From the human T2T-CHM13v2.0 reference genome, Homo sapiens: a stretch of 64,000 nt of DNA. Each line of letters starts with the position of its first letter. Position 1 is the first letter of the stretch. Below are positions 36,055 to 50,720 of the stretch, piece by piece. The DNA is taken from assembly GCF_009914755.1 (NCBI RefSeq), contig NC_060935.1. One strand, 5' to 3'. The translations under genes and the position numbers were made by a program. The notes below the pieces were generated by a model, which was not told where the DNA came from, did no database searches, and was given only the letters and a program-made list of their open reading frames with translations.

Positions 36055-37378
36055 TTTATTTTTCATATTCTATTTGTTCTTTTACATTTGTTTTCTTTTT
36101 GTATTGCTCTATGTTACTTGAACATTTTTATATTTCATTTTGATTTATGCACATTGTTTTTAGTTGATCTCTTTTTACAGCTTTCTTAGTGGCTGCTCTA
36201 AGTATTACATTACATACACAAAATGTAACACATTCTACTGGTGTTTTCATTTCATGAGTTTGAGTGAAGCATAGAAACTTTGCTTCTCTTTATGTCCCTT
36301 TGTCCTCCCCCCATTTATAATATAGTTATTTTGAACATTTCCTCTACATACATTTAGAACCACCTCAGATAGCATTATGATTTTGTACAAACTGTCAAGC
36401 ATGATTTAGAAAACTAACGAGGAAAAGAAAACCTACTGTATTTACTCATACTTTTGCTTACCATGTTTTTTCTTTCCTGATGTTCTAGGATCACTTTTTA
36501 AAATTCTTTCTTTTTATTTTAGAAAGCTTCCTTCAGTCATTCTTCTAGGGTATGTCTGCTGGCAACAAATGATCTTAATTTTCCATCATCTGAGAACGTC
36601 TTGATTTCCTCCTTATTTCTGAAAGATATTTTCATTGGGTATAGGATTCTCAGTTGCCAGCTTTTTCTCTTCAGCACTTGAAAGATGTCATGCTACTTCC
36701 TTATAGCCTCCATAGTTTCTGATGAGAAATTTGCTATAATTATTAATAGAATCGTTTTCCCTGTATAGGTAATATATATTTTATTTCCTATTGAATTCAA
36801 GACATTTTCTTTTTCTTTAGTTCTCAGAAGTAATTATGATGTATCTTGGAATTTATTTATTTGGGTTTGTCTTGTTTTGGGCTTTGCTTTGCTTCTTTGC
36901 TGAATCTGCAGGTTTATATTTCTAAAAATTTGGGAAATTTTTACATCATTATTTCCTTGAGTACTTTTTCAGCCTCACTCTCTTTCTCCTCTCCTTCCAA
37001 AACTCAGGTAATAGGAAGGTTGTTAGATCTTTGGCTATTATCCCACAGGTCCCTGAAGCTCTGTTCTTTTTCTCCCCCTAGGCTATTTTCTCTGTTAGAA
37101 TCCGTGTTGCTCAGATTGGTTAATTTCTACTGTTGTATCTTCCAATTCACTGGTTCTCTTCTTTGCCCCTGCTATTCTGCTGTTGAGGAAGAGCATTCCA
37201 CTATGCATTTCGATTACTTTATTTTTCAACTCTAAAATTTCCATTTGGTTCTTCTTTATATCTTCTATTTCTTTGCTGAGACTATTTCTTTGTAGAGGCT
37301 TCATATTTTTAAATTTGTTTTAAGCATATTTGTAATTTCTTGAAGAATTTTAAAATCTTTTGACTTAATTATTTTCTT

Positions 37379-37408
37379 TTTTATTATGCTTTAAGTTTTA
37401 GGGTACAT
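37379..37408 (-). mobile_element. Ultra-short (~30 bp) L1PA 3' terminus
   Basis: ttttattatgctttaagttttagggtacat flanked by an 18 bp TSD (16/18 identical) at 37361-37378 and 37409-37426. Confidence 0.75.
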
Positions 37409-38490
37409 TGACATATTTATTTTCTTCACAAACACTGATAGTACTTTTGCACACTGGCTTTTAATGTTACAAAAAAATTTAACAGTAGTATTCCATTCTA
37501 ATATATATTAGTTTACAAATGATGTAGACTTTAAATATATCTATTTTTATACAGCATAAAAGCTAATATTTCTCATTATAACCTGCAGAATTATTTAGTT
37601 TCTTGGCTATTAAATAGGATAGATTTGGTTTAAATGTGAAATTTGTATTTTAATAATAATAATTATATATCAATTACAAATTCAAAACACTTTTGAGTCA
37701 GGTAATTGCTTCTGAAGAAATAATTAACAATGACTCACTATTCCTTGTTGATAATCAATAGCTGAAACATTTTTATCATGGCTGCCTTATAAACTTTGTC
37801 AGATAATTCTAATATGTCTATTTTCTCAATCGTCTATTATCCTGCTTTACAATCAGTTTGAGATATTTTTGGTTTTGAGCATGACAAAAAATTTTCAGTT
37901 GAAATCTAGACTTTTTTGCATTATATTCTGTGACTCTGGCTCTCGTTTCAACCTTCCATTTTAGCTAGATTTTTATGACATCACTTTGGAGGGGTGCTGC
38001 CATTTTGTCACCAGGTAGAGACAGAAATCCAGGTTTCCTACTTGGTCTCCATTGACACTTGAGGGTAGGGATACCTCTTTGAACCTCTTGATGTGAATGG
38101 GAGTTCCAGTTTCCAATGTGGTTTTCACTGACACCATGGTGGGGGTTGCCTCATTACCACTAGTGGTGGTAAAAGTCCTGACTCTTTATTAGGCCCTCCT
38201 ACATCTCGACTACATCTCAGTCAAGAGAGGGAGGAGATGCCTCACTACTGCCAGCTAGCAATGGAAGTCTGACTACCCACATGGTCTCCTGGTCTCCATG
38301 ACTTCTTTTCAGCTGATGAGGGTGAAAGTCTCAGTTATCTACTTGGCCTTCCCTGATATCACCCTGGCAGGGGTTTGGGGACACTTCATGACAGAGTTGC
38401 AAAGGTAGACATCTAGAATCCCCAATCTCCCTTTGCTGGTGTGGATGCAGGATGGTGCCTGTTTTTTTGTTTGTTTGTTTCTTTGGTTGG

Positions 38491-38491
<1 letters not shown>

Positions 38492-38526
<35 letters not shown>
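38492..38526. repeat. (TG)n microsatellite
   Basis: About 17 TG units. Confidence 0.95.
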
Positions 38527-38527
<1 letters not shown>

Positions 38528-38891
38528 TGTGTTTTGGTTTGGTTAGAGTGTAGCAGTTATTGTCTAAAAGTTTCTTCTTATAGGCTTCCCCTTTCCTGGT
38601 CCTTTGGCCAGAAAGATCAGACTTTTGTTGGGGCTTCTTTTGGTCTGTACCCATTGGCATTTCCAGGTTGCTGGCTGTCTCAGCTCCATCTCTGGGATAC
38701 ATCAGGCAAAATAAAACAAGGAACTAATTCCTCTGGCCCCCAAATCCCACGGGTTTGTCTTCTTTCCAACTTTTAGAGTTTTCTTCTGATTTTGTTTATA
38801 TGTAATGCTTGGGGATTTTATTGGTACTTGGCAGAAGGAATAGGAAAATTATATCTACTCCATGCTGCCAGGAGTATAAATCTCCATTTGC

Positions 38892-39405
38892 TTTTTAAAA
38901 TTTTTATTTTTGATATGACAAACAATAATTGTATATATTTATGGGGTACAATGTGATGCTTTGGTATATGTATACACTGTAGAATAATTAAATAAAGCTA
39001 ATTACTATATTCATCATCTCACATACTTATATTTTTATGGTGAGAACATTTAAAATCTATTCTCTTAGCAATTTTGAATCATATGTTATTATTGACTGTG
39101 TTCACCTTGCTGTGCAATAACTTACAAATTTATTCCTTCTGCCTAATGAGAACTTTATACCCTTTGGTCAATGTCCCCTCATGCTCTTACCCCACCCCAC
39201 CCTCAGCCTCTGGTAACCACCATTCTACTTTCTGCTTCTTTAAGTTTGACTTTTTTAGATTCCACATACAAGTGAAATCATGTAGTATTTTGTGGGGTTT
39301 TTTTGTGCTGGAGTTATTTCACTTAGCATAATGTCCTCCAGTTTCATCCACATTCTCACAAATAACAGGGTTTTCTTCTTTTTTATAGGCTGAGTAGTAG
39401 TCCAT
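38892..39405 (-). mobile_element. L1MA 3' end fragment
   Basis: aataattgtatatatttatggggtacaatgtgatg...ttagattccacat. Confidence 0.85.
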
Positions 39406-40169
39406 GCACTTATTTCTGTACTTTGTTTTTGTCGTATGGTGTAAGGAAAAGCCTGATTCACATAGATATAACAGTTGAAGAAGGCAAAAGCTTTAACAAT
39501 ATAACTTTCAGTCTCAAGTTATTTGTCTTGTGCTTTACTGATTTTTCCTCCCTTTAATTTAACCCCCTCCCTTCCTTCCAAGACAACCAGATATGTGTTT
39601 AATTGTTTTTAGAACATAAATCACTATTTTCATAAGCAGAAACAATGTGTTTCTGCCCTTCTGCCTTCTCTGACACCCTGAGCTCTTTCCATATCTCTTC
39701 CCCAATACGTCCCAATCTCAACCTGAGTCTTCTTCTTGAGCCAGGTAGTTCTGTATATTTCAAAGGCAACATCAACAATAAATGGAAACATTTGCTTTGG
39801 TTTATCTTTAGCAGAAATTCACACAATCAAGTTGTAAATTTATTTATGTATTCTAATAACTTGATTACTATATGTTCTTTTGTCTAATCCCTTAATAACT
39901 TAGGTTTACAAAGATTTCTCATACACCCTATGTTCAATATATATTCATTTGATAAAAGAGATCACTTTGCCTTGCATTGGTAAAGATCATGTCAGTGATG
40001 GTGAATATGATTTAGCAAGCATCTATTGAGCACTTGTTATGTGCCAGGCATTGAGGTTACAAATACATACAAAAAGACATAAATTCAAGAAAGGCAGAGG
40101 ATTTGGGGAAGGTGGCAGTGGTGGCCCCATAGTTTAAATATATCAAAATCATCAATTTAAACCTAATTA

Positions 40170-40870
40170 GAAAATGTTAGAAGTGAAATTATTGGAGAAA
40201 GGGAGATAAAAAAGACATTGAAAAAGAAGAATTTGATAACATAAAATCATTTCAAAAATACAGGCTAAACTACAAGGAACAAGAGCAAATAAACTCAACA
40301 ACAATTCATAAATGAGATTAAAAGGTTTTAAGAGGAAATGACAAATATAGAAGACAAGCAAAGAAGAGCCAACATACAGATAATAGAAGTCTCTGAAAAA
40401 GAAAACCAAAACAATGAAACAGAGCAAATAATAAGATCATAATTTGCGAAAGCTTTCCTGAAATTAAAATATTTGAAACTACATACTGGAAGAGCACATT
40501 ATGTACTTATGAAAACTGACCCAGAACAGTCACCATTGAGGCTATTGGACTTCAAATTTTAAAAAAAGTTTTGAACAACTAGGTAACTTATTTACAAGAG
40601 TAAGAGGAACAGATTGTCATTAGACTTTTTGAAAGCAGCACTTTATGCAAGAAAAAAATGGAGTAACATATTTAACATACTTAAGGAAAGAAAATGTGAG
40701 CCAAAGATTTTATATCCAGCCAAAAAGACTTTCAAATATAAGGGCTACAAACTTTTATGAATATGTAAGAACTCAGGAAAATATTATTCCTATGTGACCC
40801 TCCTGAGGAATTTACTAGAGAATGAGCTTTAGACAACCAAGTAACTGGAGGAACATTGACACAAGGCTAG
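40170..40870 (+). mobile_element. Old L1ME/HAL1-type ORF1 region
   Basis: Degraded ORF1 motifs (aagattttatatccagccaaa...tttcaaatataagg). Confidence 0.6.
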
Positions 40871-41149
40871 TGCTCTGTGAGAAAAACAAAGCTTCAGGTT
40901 TCTGTTTTCTTCCCAGCAAGTGTCTCAAGGAAAAAAATTGTTGGAGAAAGTCTGATTCACACTAATGTATTGCCTTCTCTCAGAAATGTTGGCCCCTTGA
41001 ATCATGTTTGACTTTGCTTTTCTCCAATGCCATAAAGCGGTTTTCTTCATTTCAAATTTAACTTTCACAGCTGGTTTTCATGAAATAGTTGCTCTGATAT
41101 AAGATACTTCATCATAGCTGAACAAAGAAGTGTAGTCTGAATTTGGATT

Positions 41150-42550
41150 AGAAGTATGAATTTGAATTGTGATATATTTTGTCTTAAAAATTATTTCCTA
41201 GCACTCCTCACCAAAACGACCTGGAAACAATGACCAACTCCGTATTAATGGGCACCCTAGTGTCCAGGTTGTAATTTCTAAATACTATTTCCAACTAAAA
41301 GGAACCAGGGATCATAGAAAAAATGGCTTGTCCAAGCCTGCAGCATTATATATACAAGATGAGCCTGGGATGTTTTGTCACACCAGAAAGCCAGAACGCT
41401 GACAAATACTAATTGTGTCAAAAGGACTCTAGAGCCACCGTGGAGCTCCCACTAATCACAAGTGATACAATCTGACTGTAATGGATTGAAACATATCACA
41501 TATGTTTCAATCCATGAGTTCATAATGAAACAAACAACTTTTATTTTCAAACAATTATTTGAAAAACCGGTAAATAAAGGTAAAGCATTAAACATTTATC
41601 TTGCCTTTCTTTCAGAATTGTGCCTCAAAAAGAGTCAACTAGAGGAAAATTCTCTTTGTAGAATTATGAGGACTAATAAATGAGGAGAGAAAACAGAATT
41701 AGAATGGAACTCTTATAGAAGTAGTGTACCTACACAGTAATCACAAAACATCACAAAAAATACGGACATTATGTATCTCATGAAGGAAGATTACATTTTC
41801 TACAAAACAGTCTGACAAAAAAATCAAACCTAAATTTGATCAAGCCTCTAAGATATAACTAGCAATTTACAAGAATTTCAGGGGAAAGAGAAACATGGTA
41901 AATAATACCATATGACTTCATTCTTTCATACAACAACAACAAATTGCAAGATAAAAAAGAAAGGAGTTAAGAGAGACTTAAAGAGCATATAAACCATATT
42001 TAGGTCTTGATTCAAGCAAACCAACTAAAAAAGCAAACCAACCAATAAACAAAAAACAACAACAAATTATAACGTGGACACTGATAGAACATTTGATGAT
42101 AATTGAGGAATTATTTTGAACTTTTTGGTGTGATAATGTAGATGAAATATTTTATCTTAAGTTATTTCCTAGCACTCTTCACCAAAACGACCTGGAAACG
42201 ATGACCAACTCAGTATTAATGGGCACCCTAGTGTCCAGGTTGTAATTTCTAAATACTATTTCCAACTAAAAGGAACCAGGGATCATTGAAAAAATGGCTT
42301 GTCCAAGTCTGCAGCATTATATATACACGATGAGCCTGGGATGTTTTGTCACACCAGAAAGCCAGATGAAATGTTGTGATAATTTGGGTTTTCTCCAAAA
42401 TAATCCACTGGAAAGGTAGTGCGTGTGTAACAGATGAAGCAAGATTGCTCACAGGTTGATCATTGTTGAAGGCCAATGATGAAGGCATGGGAGTTTATTA
42501 TACGATCTGCTTGTGCATATGTTTGAACTGTCCTGTAGTAAGAAGATGAA
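41150..42550 (+). mobile_element. Old L1ME/L1MC4-type 3'UTR containing an internal duplication
   Basis: ccaactaaaaggaaccaggg, ttgatcaagcctcta and gttgatcattgttgaa motifs. Confidence 0.65.
42143..42366. repeat. ~225 bp direct local duplicate of 41170-41395
   Basis: 6 mismatches over the ~205 bp core by eye. Confidence 0.95.
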
Positions 42551-42699
42551 AAAGGAATATAATTTTCTTCAGAGTTTATATTCTACATGGGGAGATAAAA
42601 GTATAAGTAAATTACTTTTTAATGCAGTTAAATATATTTTATAATAGAAATGTACATGGAGAATGCTTGGGGAACCCTGAGGAGAAAAGAAAAGTGGGC

Positions 42700-43120
42700 G
42701 GATGGGAGGAACTAACAATTAATGAGTGCCATTCCATACCTGGTCCTTCCCATATGTTACATATGGCAGAAATACTGAAAGTGGAGAATATACAGTTAGT
42801 ACTTTATAATAAATAACTTTTAAAAATATGCTCATATTAGGTATTTTAGTTGCACTTTTATAGATGAAGTGCAACTAAAGATTGAAGCTCCGAGCAGATA
42901 AATAACTAAATAATAGTCATAAGAATGCGTGTCAGGCACTTCACATACATTATTACATTTAATTCTTATAATCCTGTAAGAAAAGAATTACTCTGCTCAT
43001 TTTGAAGATTAGAAAGAAAGCTTATGGAGGTTAAGTAACTTGCTAAATATTTCACATAGCTGGTAGCTGGAAGAAGTGAGATTTGAACACAGGATTCTCT
43101 TATGCTAATCCCCAACCCTT
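42700..43120 (-). mobile_element. MIR fragments (two)
   Basis: tttatagatgaag; gaggttaagtaacttgc...gatttgaacacagg. Confidence 0.6.
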
Positions 43121-43189
43121 TCCATGAATTGTTACAGCAGGAGGGGAAAGAGGAGGCTGGGGGTCCTTCACACACAAATGCTCTGTAAG

Positions 43190-43570
43190 CTGGCCTTTGA
43201 TATTTCAGTAAGGTTTAGTCTATTTGAGAGTAAGTAGGAGTCAGCTTGGGAGGCATTCCAAGAAAAAAAAAAAAAACAGGGTCAGCAAAAGATTGAGACA
43301 CAACACAGTGTGTTTAGGGAATTGGAAACAGGGACCCAGTGGCTGGATTCTAGGATGCGAAGAAGGTGGTGTTGGCAGATACGGCCAGTAGCACCTGTTG
43401 GGATTGGATTGGGCAGGTCCTTGGAAAGCACAGTCTTTATCCCAGAGACAATGAGTAGCCATTGGTGGATTTCAAGCAGACCAGTGTGGAAGCTGTGTGG
43501 AGAGTGTATCGGAAGCAAAGGGGAGTGATACCGGGGAGAAAGCCAGGGGATTACTGTAATGAAGAATGTA
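43190..43570 (-). mobile_element. L2 fragment
   Basis: agccattggtggatttcaagcag...gctgtgtggagagtg. Confidence 0.55.
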
Positions 43571-44644
43571 TGCAGAAGACAATGCTGGTTTACATTACTC
43601 TGACAGGATGTTTTTACACGGCCAGAGTGGATGTGGATGCTTCTGAGAAATGAAGTTTGGGCTTACCCACCCATCTTGAGAGTTCTTAACTGTGTGTGCC
43701 AATATGCATAGGAATCTCCCTTTACAGAAAAATCCTCTAGGAAAAGCAGCAAGAGGTTTGGGGAAAGAAGAGAGAACATTGAGAATGGTTGAATGGCCTG
43801 ACAGCTGTCTGTGGACTAGTTTGGAGGCTCTGTGGAGAAAGTAGCAGAGGTAAAAGGTAAAGGAGGCATTTCCATGAGGACCTATGTTAAACTCCAGGCA
43901 CAAGCGGTGGCTGAGTACGGCACAGTGAGCAGAGGGACATTCTCCCCAGTTCTGCATAGGACTCAGCACCCTCAGGGCAAACCCTCTCGGCTCATGCCCT
44001 TATGGAAAGCATGAGCAACAGAGCTGGTGGGGAGAAGCGTGTCTTGATGAGGAGACTGCATTTGTTACCAGTTCACGGGACAGACCTGAAGAATCCTAGA
44101 CACCTGGGGCGACTTTGGGAAGGGCTGGGTTTCCTTGTGTCAGGTGAGCATTCAGACCTGGAAAGAGTAAGGTGTCCCTTCATTTGTATTTACAGACTTG
44201 TAACGCCTCAGGACCATCCACTGAGGTGGGGCCAGTAAGGGATGAAAAGTTGGGAATGGAATAATGAAATACTTCCACGGCTTAGCGACCAACTGGATGC
44301 TCCTATTATCCAGATTTGGCCAAAGGTTTCAAAGCTTTCCATATGGTGCACAGTACACGAAGTATGGCCCATGGACAGTGGCCATGGATGTCCACGCCTT
44401 GGTCTTTTAGGCTGCCTAAATTGTTGCCTGTTACCTCTTTTGGATCTTGGACTGGCCTCATTTCCAGACCCAAGCCTCCCGCTGGCTCTTGCTATAATTT
44501 ATTGGATACACATCCCCAAAACCCATCTTCCCAAAGGACCATCAAACTGAAGTAAATCTTTTCTGCTCTAGACAACAAGATAACAAAAAGACCAAGGTCT
44601 GTAAAAGAAAGGAAGAATTATAAACCCAACAGATGTTAACATGA

Positions 44645-45683
<1,039 letters not shown>

Positions 45684-46269
45684 GTAGTCCCCTGCTTTTC
45701 TATTTGTTTATTTAAAAAAAAAAAAAAAAGAACGAGGAGAGGGCACAGGATGAGCATTTGGCTATTTCATGCCACCCAGATGGTAAAGTAAGCTGGCTCA
45801 AACACCTGTCATGCTTAGCCCTATCTGGAGTGTAAGGGAAGGAGGGATCAGAGCTTCATGCCTGGCATGGCATGCATTCATGTTCTTTTGTTCTGGTCGG
45901 ACTCAAGCTCAGTTACATGAGATTGCATGTACCCAGCAGCAAGTCACCAGCCCTCACCAGCCTTTTTTCGGCATGTTCATGGTCTGACCTCACTTGGATG
46001 TCTCTGTGCTGTCTAAGGTCAGAGCAGTTGGCAAAGCTCCCTCAGCTGATACAAGCTTACACTGCAGGTACCTAGGACACCAAAAACAACAATCTTAGCT
46101 CCTACCACTAGGATTTCTCCTACTAACCCAAACATACACCAAGCCTTGGTTTTGTCCTTGGCTCTAGAGTTATAAGAGCAATGGTTTCTACCCTGAAGAC
46201 GCTTACCAATGAGTTGGGAGTCGGTTATGGAGATATGACAGGTTGACACAGACTTAAAGAATATTATAG

Positions 46270-46590
46270 TCAGAGGCAATTTGGAGGTCATCGGTCCAAC
46301 TCCCTCACTGAAGATGAGGAATCCGAGTCCCAAAGAGGAGCAACTTGCCAGAGGCCATAGAGCCAATAAGAGGCAGAGTTCAGACTTGACCTGGGCCTGG
46401 ACAGTACAGAATTCTTTAATTATACCAGCTACCACTTACTGAAGAAGAAATACCAACTGCTAAATACTTTATAACTGTATTACTTCATTTAATCCTCACA
46501 ACAATCCCTTTAAGTCATTATTACAAATCCTATTTTATAGATGGGGAAATACAGTTTAGAGAGAGGTAATTGAACTTCCCAAAAACCTTC
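46270..46590 (-). mobile_element. MIR fragments
   Basis: gatgaggaatccgagtccca; tttaatcctcacaacaatcc...ttatagatgggga. Confidence 0.65.
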
Positions 46591-46933
46591 TGTCTTAGTC
46601 CATTTGGGCTGTTATAAGAGAATACCATAGACTGGTGGCTTATAAACAACAACCATTTATTTCTCACAGTTCTGAAGGCTGGGGAGTCCAAGGTCAAGGG
46701 TCCAGCAGGTTCAGAGTCTGAAGAGGACCTGCTTTCTGGTTTCTAGAGTGCTCCCTTGGTGGAAGGGGCCAGGGGCCTCTCTTGGGCCCCTTTTGTAAGG
46801 GCACTAATACCATTCATGAAGCCCCTACCCTCATGACCTAATCACCTCCCAAAGGCTCCTAATACCATTGCATTGGGAGTTAGGATTCCAACACAGAAAT
46901 TTTAGGAGGACACAAACATTGAGATCATAGCAC
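46591..46933 (-). mobile_element. MLT1A/MSTD-like solo LTR
   Basis: tgtcttagtccatttgggctg...tttatttctcacagttctg...acattgagatcatagca. Confidence 0.85.
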
Positions 46934-48739
46934 CAACCAATGAATAAATGACAGTACCCAGATTTGAACCCACTTAAACCATCTTTTAAAGTTCATGCTC
47001 TGAAACGCTCCTCTATGCTGCCTTTCATACACTGGCTGCCTCTTTCTGTTCCACCTGACAGTGAGAACTCACACGTGATGGAGAATATAATACAAGCTGG
47101 GTAAGCTCCCTGTCCAGAGCCTTTCTCGCAGCTGGTTCTATCCGTACACTAGCCTGAATGTCACCATGTCAGAAGTTCTCAACCATGCCTGCCTGGAAAA
47201 GGGGAGTGATGTGACCTGGACAGTGAGAGCCTCTGTTTAAATGTTCTAAAATACCCCAGGCTTTCAAAAAGACAGAGTCCACTGGGCTTGAGCACTGGCA
47301 CTCAGGCCATGCATGAACACTGAGCATTGCGAGGAAGCAGTACAAGGCCTGAGAATGAACTCGAACTCTCCACTGGGGACTTGAAACTAAAGTAAGTGAT
47401 TCTAGAGTACTGTGTGGACCACAGAGAGCTTGATGTAGTAGAAAGAGGACAGGAGTTTGAATGAGTCCTGGCTTTGAATTTGTCTCTCACCCAAGCATGC
47501 ACCTTCTTTTGTGTAGTCAACGATCTATGAAATGCCCCAGGAAGACAAGAATCACATGCATGTCAGCTCTAGAGAATGCCCAGTGAAGATACAATCTGAG
47601 CAGGAGTGGAAATAATCAGGAAAGCTTCCTGTATGGTGTAGTCTTATAAATGACTGAAAGTGCTAGCCCACTCTCCCCTGGGAAACACACAGAGGCCAGG
47701 GTTACCCTGGAGGCCACCAGCAAGTCCCCATCCATCTGGCACCCCTCACAGAGGCCACCATCCCATCTGGACTCAGCCTCCTTGGCTCCCACTGCAGGGC
47801 TTTGGAGAGAGGTTGACATTCACTAACAAAAGGATCCTTTGAGAAGCCCAGGAGCTCAGAAGGAAAAGCACAGGCTGAACGCTTGATCTGCCTGCTTGGC
47901 TGTTGTGCAAGAGCTGGAGGGGGGGAGAGGAGAGGCAGGGCAGGGTGGCTTGCAGTGGCCACCATCCCTCCCTAGCTGCGGAGGAGCCAGCTCTGATGAT
48001 GGGCTGGGCCCCTCCCACAGATTTTCCCAGGGACTAGACAAAAGAGGAATAGAGAGCAGGACAAGGGTGGAGGCCTCAGATAAAAATTAATTAACACTAT
48101 TTTTCTTTCTTTTTAAAAAGGTAATCTCTTAATCCTAAGCACTGGGATTCATGTGTGCCCTTTGGTCTATAACCACAAAGGAAACGATCAGGAAGAATCC
48201 AGGTTCATGGCCTTACCTTTAGATTTCCTCTTCTCAATGGTTCTTTGTGTGGCAATCTCCTGTGAAGTGAGATAGGCCTTCCAACCAAGCTGCGGCAACC
48301 ATGGCCAAGGTCAGCCATCACCAGGAGGGTTTTGACGTGGAGAGACTGGGAACTGCAAGGACGCTGCAGGTCAGGGTTTGAGCTACCAAGGGGAAAGGAG
48401 GCTGGGGCCACAATTGTTTCCCAACGGCTGTCCAAATAACTTCCTATTCCATCAGTTGATTTTTCTCTAACACAATCCATCACCCCCCACCCTTCTGTCT
48501 ACCTCCATCTAGTCACTATTTTAGGAACAGAGAAATCAAGAGCCTCGAAACTAGAAGATCCTTTTTGAAGTCTTTTTGTCTATACTCTTGCACAATAAAG
48601 ACAGGAAAGGCTTTGCTGTCCTGGTCTCCATCCTCTGGAAGTTGGGGGAAGGGAGAAGAAATGGGATGACAGGAAAAGAATATAAGAGCAATTTGAGACC
48701 AATTAGAAATTGGGGAGTTATTAGAAGTTATTCTTTATT

Positions 48740-49370
48740 CTCTACCCAAGTTACAGCACTACCAGCAGTTGCTCAAGCCAGGCACTTGGGAGGACATCAC
48801 CAATCTCTCTCCCTCAACTCATCTATGTTTACAGCCCGTGATCTAGGCCATCATGATCTCTTTCTAGGATATTGGAATGTTCTTAACTGATCTCCTGCTG
48901 TAATATATTATTGCTCTTCGATCCAAATCACAACTAGAATTTCCTTTCTAATGCACAACCTAATTATGTTTCTCCCCTGCTTCACTGGCTTATTATTGCT
49001 TTCAGAATAAATTCCAAACTCCTAAGTACAGCATTCACAGCTCTCCATCGGCAGGCCCCTGCCTCTGTCCCAGCTCTCAAAGCCTATACTGCACTGGTAG
49101 GAAATGTTCTAACTTGCCTCCTGGACATGGTACATTCTTCCTGGATCATTCTTTTCCCACTCTGGACAACTTTTGTCCATTCTTCAGGTCCCAGGTAGTT
49201 TGCCTCTTGTTCTAACAGATGAAGAGCCCGCCTACATTCGGTCAGGTACCTCTTCAATGGGCTCCTATGACTTTTGTTCTTGCCTGGATTATGAAAACCA
49301 TCCCCACTGCCCATTAGCAATCTGTCTTCTGGATGAGGCTGTAAGCTCTTTGAAGGGGCTTGTGGCAGTA
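48740..49370 (+). mobile_element. L2 fragments
   Basis: ccagcagttgctcaagcca; gaataaattccaaactcct; ctgtaagctctttgaagg. Confidence 0.6.
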
Positions 49371-50479
49371 GAGTGGAAAGACCATCTTCCTGTTTTTAAT
49401 TTGCATAAATTTAATTGTATGAACATATTAAAAAGAGAGAGAATTAGAGAGGGAGAGAGAGAAATTACAATCTCTGTGATACAAGCAATATTGTGTAACA
49501 TTCTACTTGTCATCCATTAGTCCACATGTGACCCTACATGGTATTCTGGTGAGATGAACTTGAGTCTGTGCTTTATGGTTTTGTTTGTTTGCCTTTGTTT
49601 TGGTTTGTATCATATGGCCACTAGACAGATCCATGGGCATCACCTGCTGTGGAAGCAGTAGATTAGGAAGCGACAATATGTTTCAACACTGGAGGAGACA
49701 TGAGCAGCTTCAGACTTGTTGACACACTGGGTTTTATTCTTCAATTTAGTGCATCCTTTAGGGGATTGTTAAAGGTAATACATGCTATATTTATTTTTTT
49801 CTATGACTTTAGAATAAGTAGCCCTGTAAAATACAACTCTACTTTATCAGCCAAGTTTTCCCTCTTTCTCCTGGTGACAGCATCCTCAGCCCAACTGCAT
49901 GGCTATTACAAGAGCTGTCATGTTCTCACCTGACCCAAATGGGCCAACAAATATCTTATTCTCTAAGATTATTAAATCTGATATCCAGGTGATTGAAGCC
50001 ATTTCCACTCTTGTGGGTGGAAGCTGTAAGCGGCAAAACTAAAGGGTCATATCTTCCAGGACATGGCAAGACCCAATCTGCTGAAAGGAATAGACAAGAG
50101 GGGACCTGAATGGGAAAAGCTGATCAACAGGTGTGTGCTTCTGGCCACTAGGGTCCGTAAGAAAGGGCTGGGTGGAGAGGACCAGGGGAGCCACTAGCTG
50201 GATGTAGGCTTCTGTGGCACTGACCTCAGGCATGTGAAGAGAGATGGCTGCACTGATGAGCTTTAAGCCTGTCCAACCCTGAGTTTGTGTGATTCAAAGG
50301 AGTGTGCAGGTAGATGGGGCTAAGTAAATGTCAAGAATGAGAGCTGCCTTGGGAGGGAGAGGAAGGCAGAGAGAAGTAAGAGTGAGTGAGGATGGGAGAG
50401 AATTGAGGTAGCTAGAATAGGAGAGTGAGTGAAGATTGAAATATTTAGCCTAAGAGCTGGCCTCAGCTGGAAAGTAGGA

Positions 50480-50720
50480 AAAGGAGGAAATTGAGCCTCA
50501 GAGTAGCTAATGACCCCTCAGCAAAGCAGCTGCAAATGTAGCAGAGCCCAGATTTGAATTGAGATCTATGTTATTCTAAAGTCTATGCTTGGTTTAATCC
50601 CTTCTTATAACAGATGAGGACAATGAAGCTTTGAGAGATAAAGTGACTTGCCCAAGGACATCAAGATACTTCCAGTAAAATCAATTCTAGAATCACCAAA
50701 ACCCAGTCAAATATTCCATC
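50480..50720 (-). mobile_element. MIR fragments
   Basis: acagatgagga...aagtgacttgcccaagg. Confidence 0.65.
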
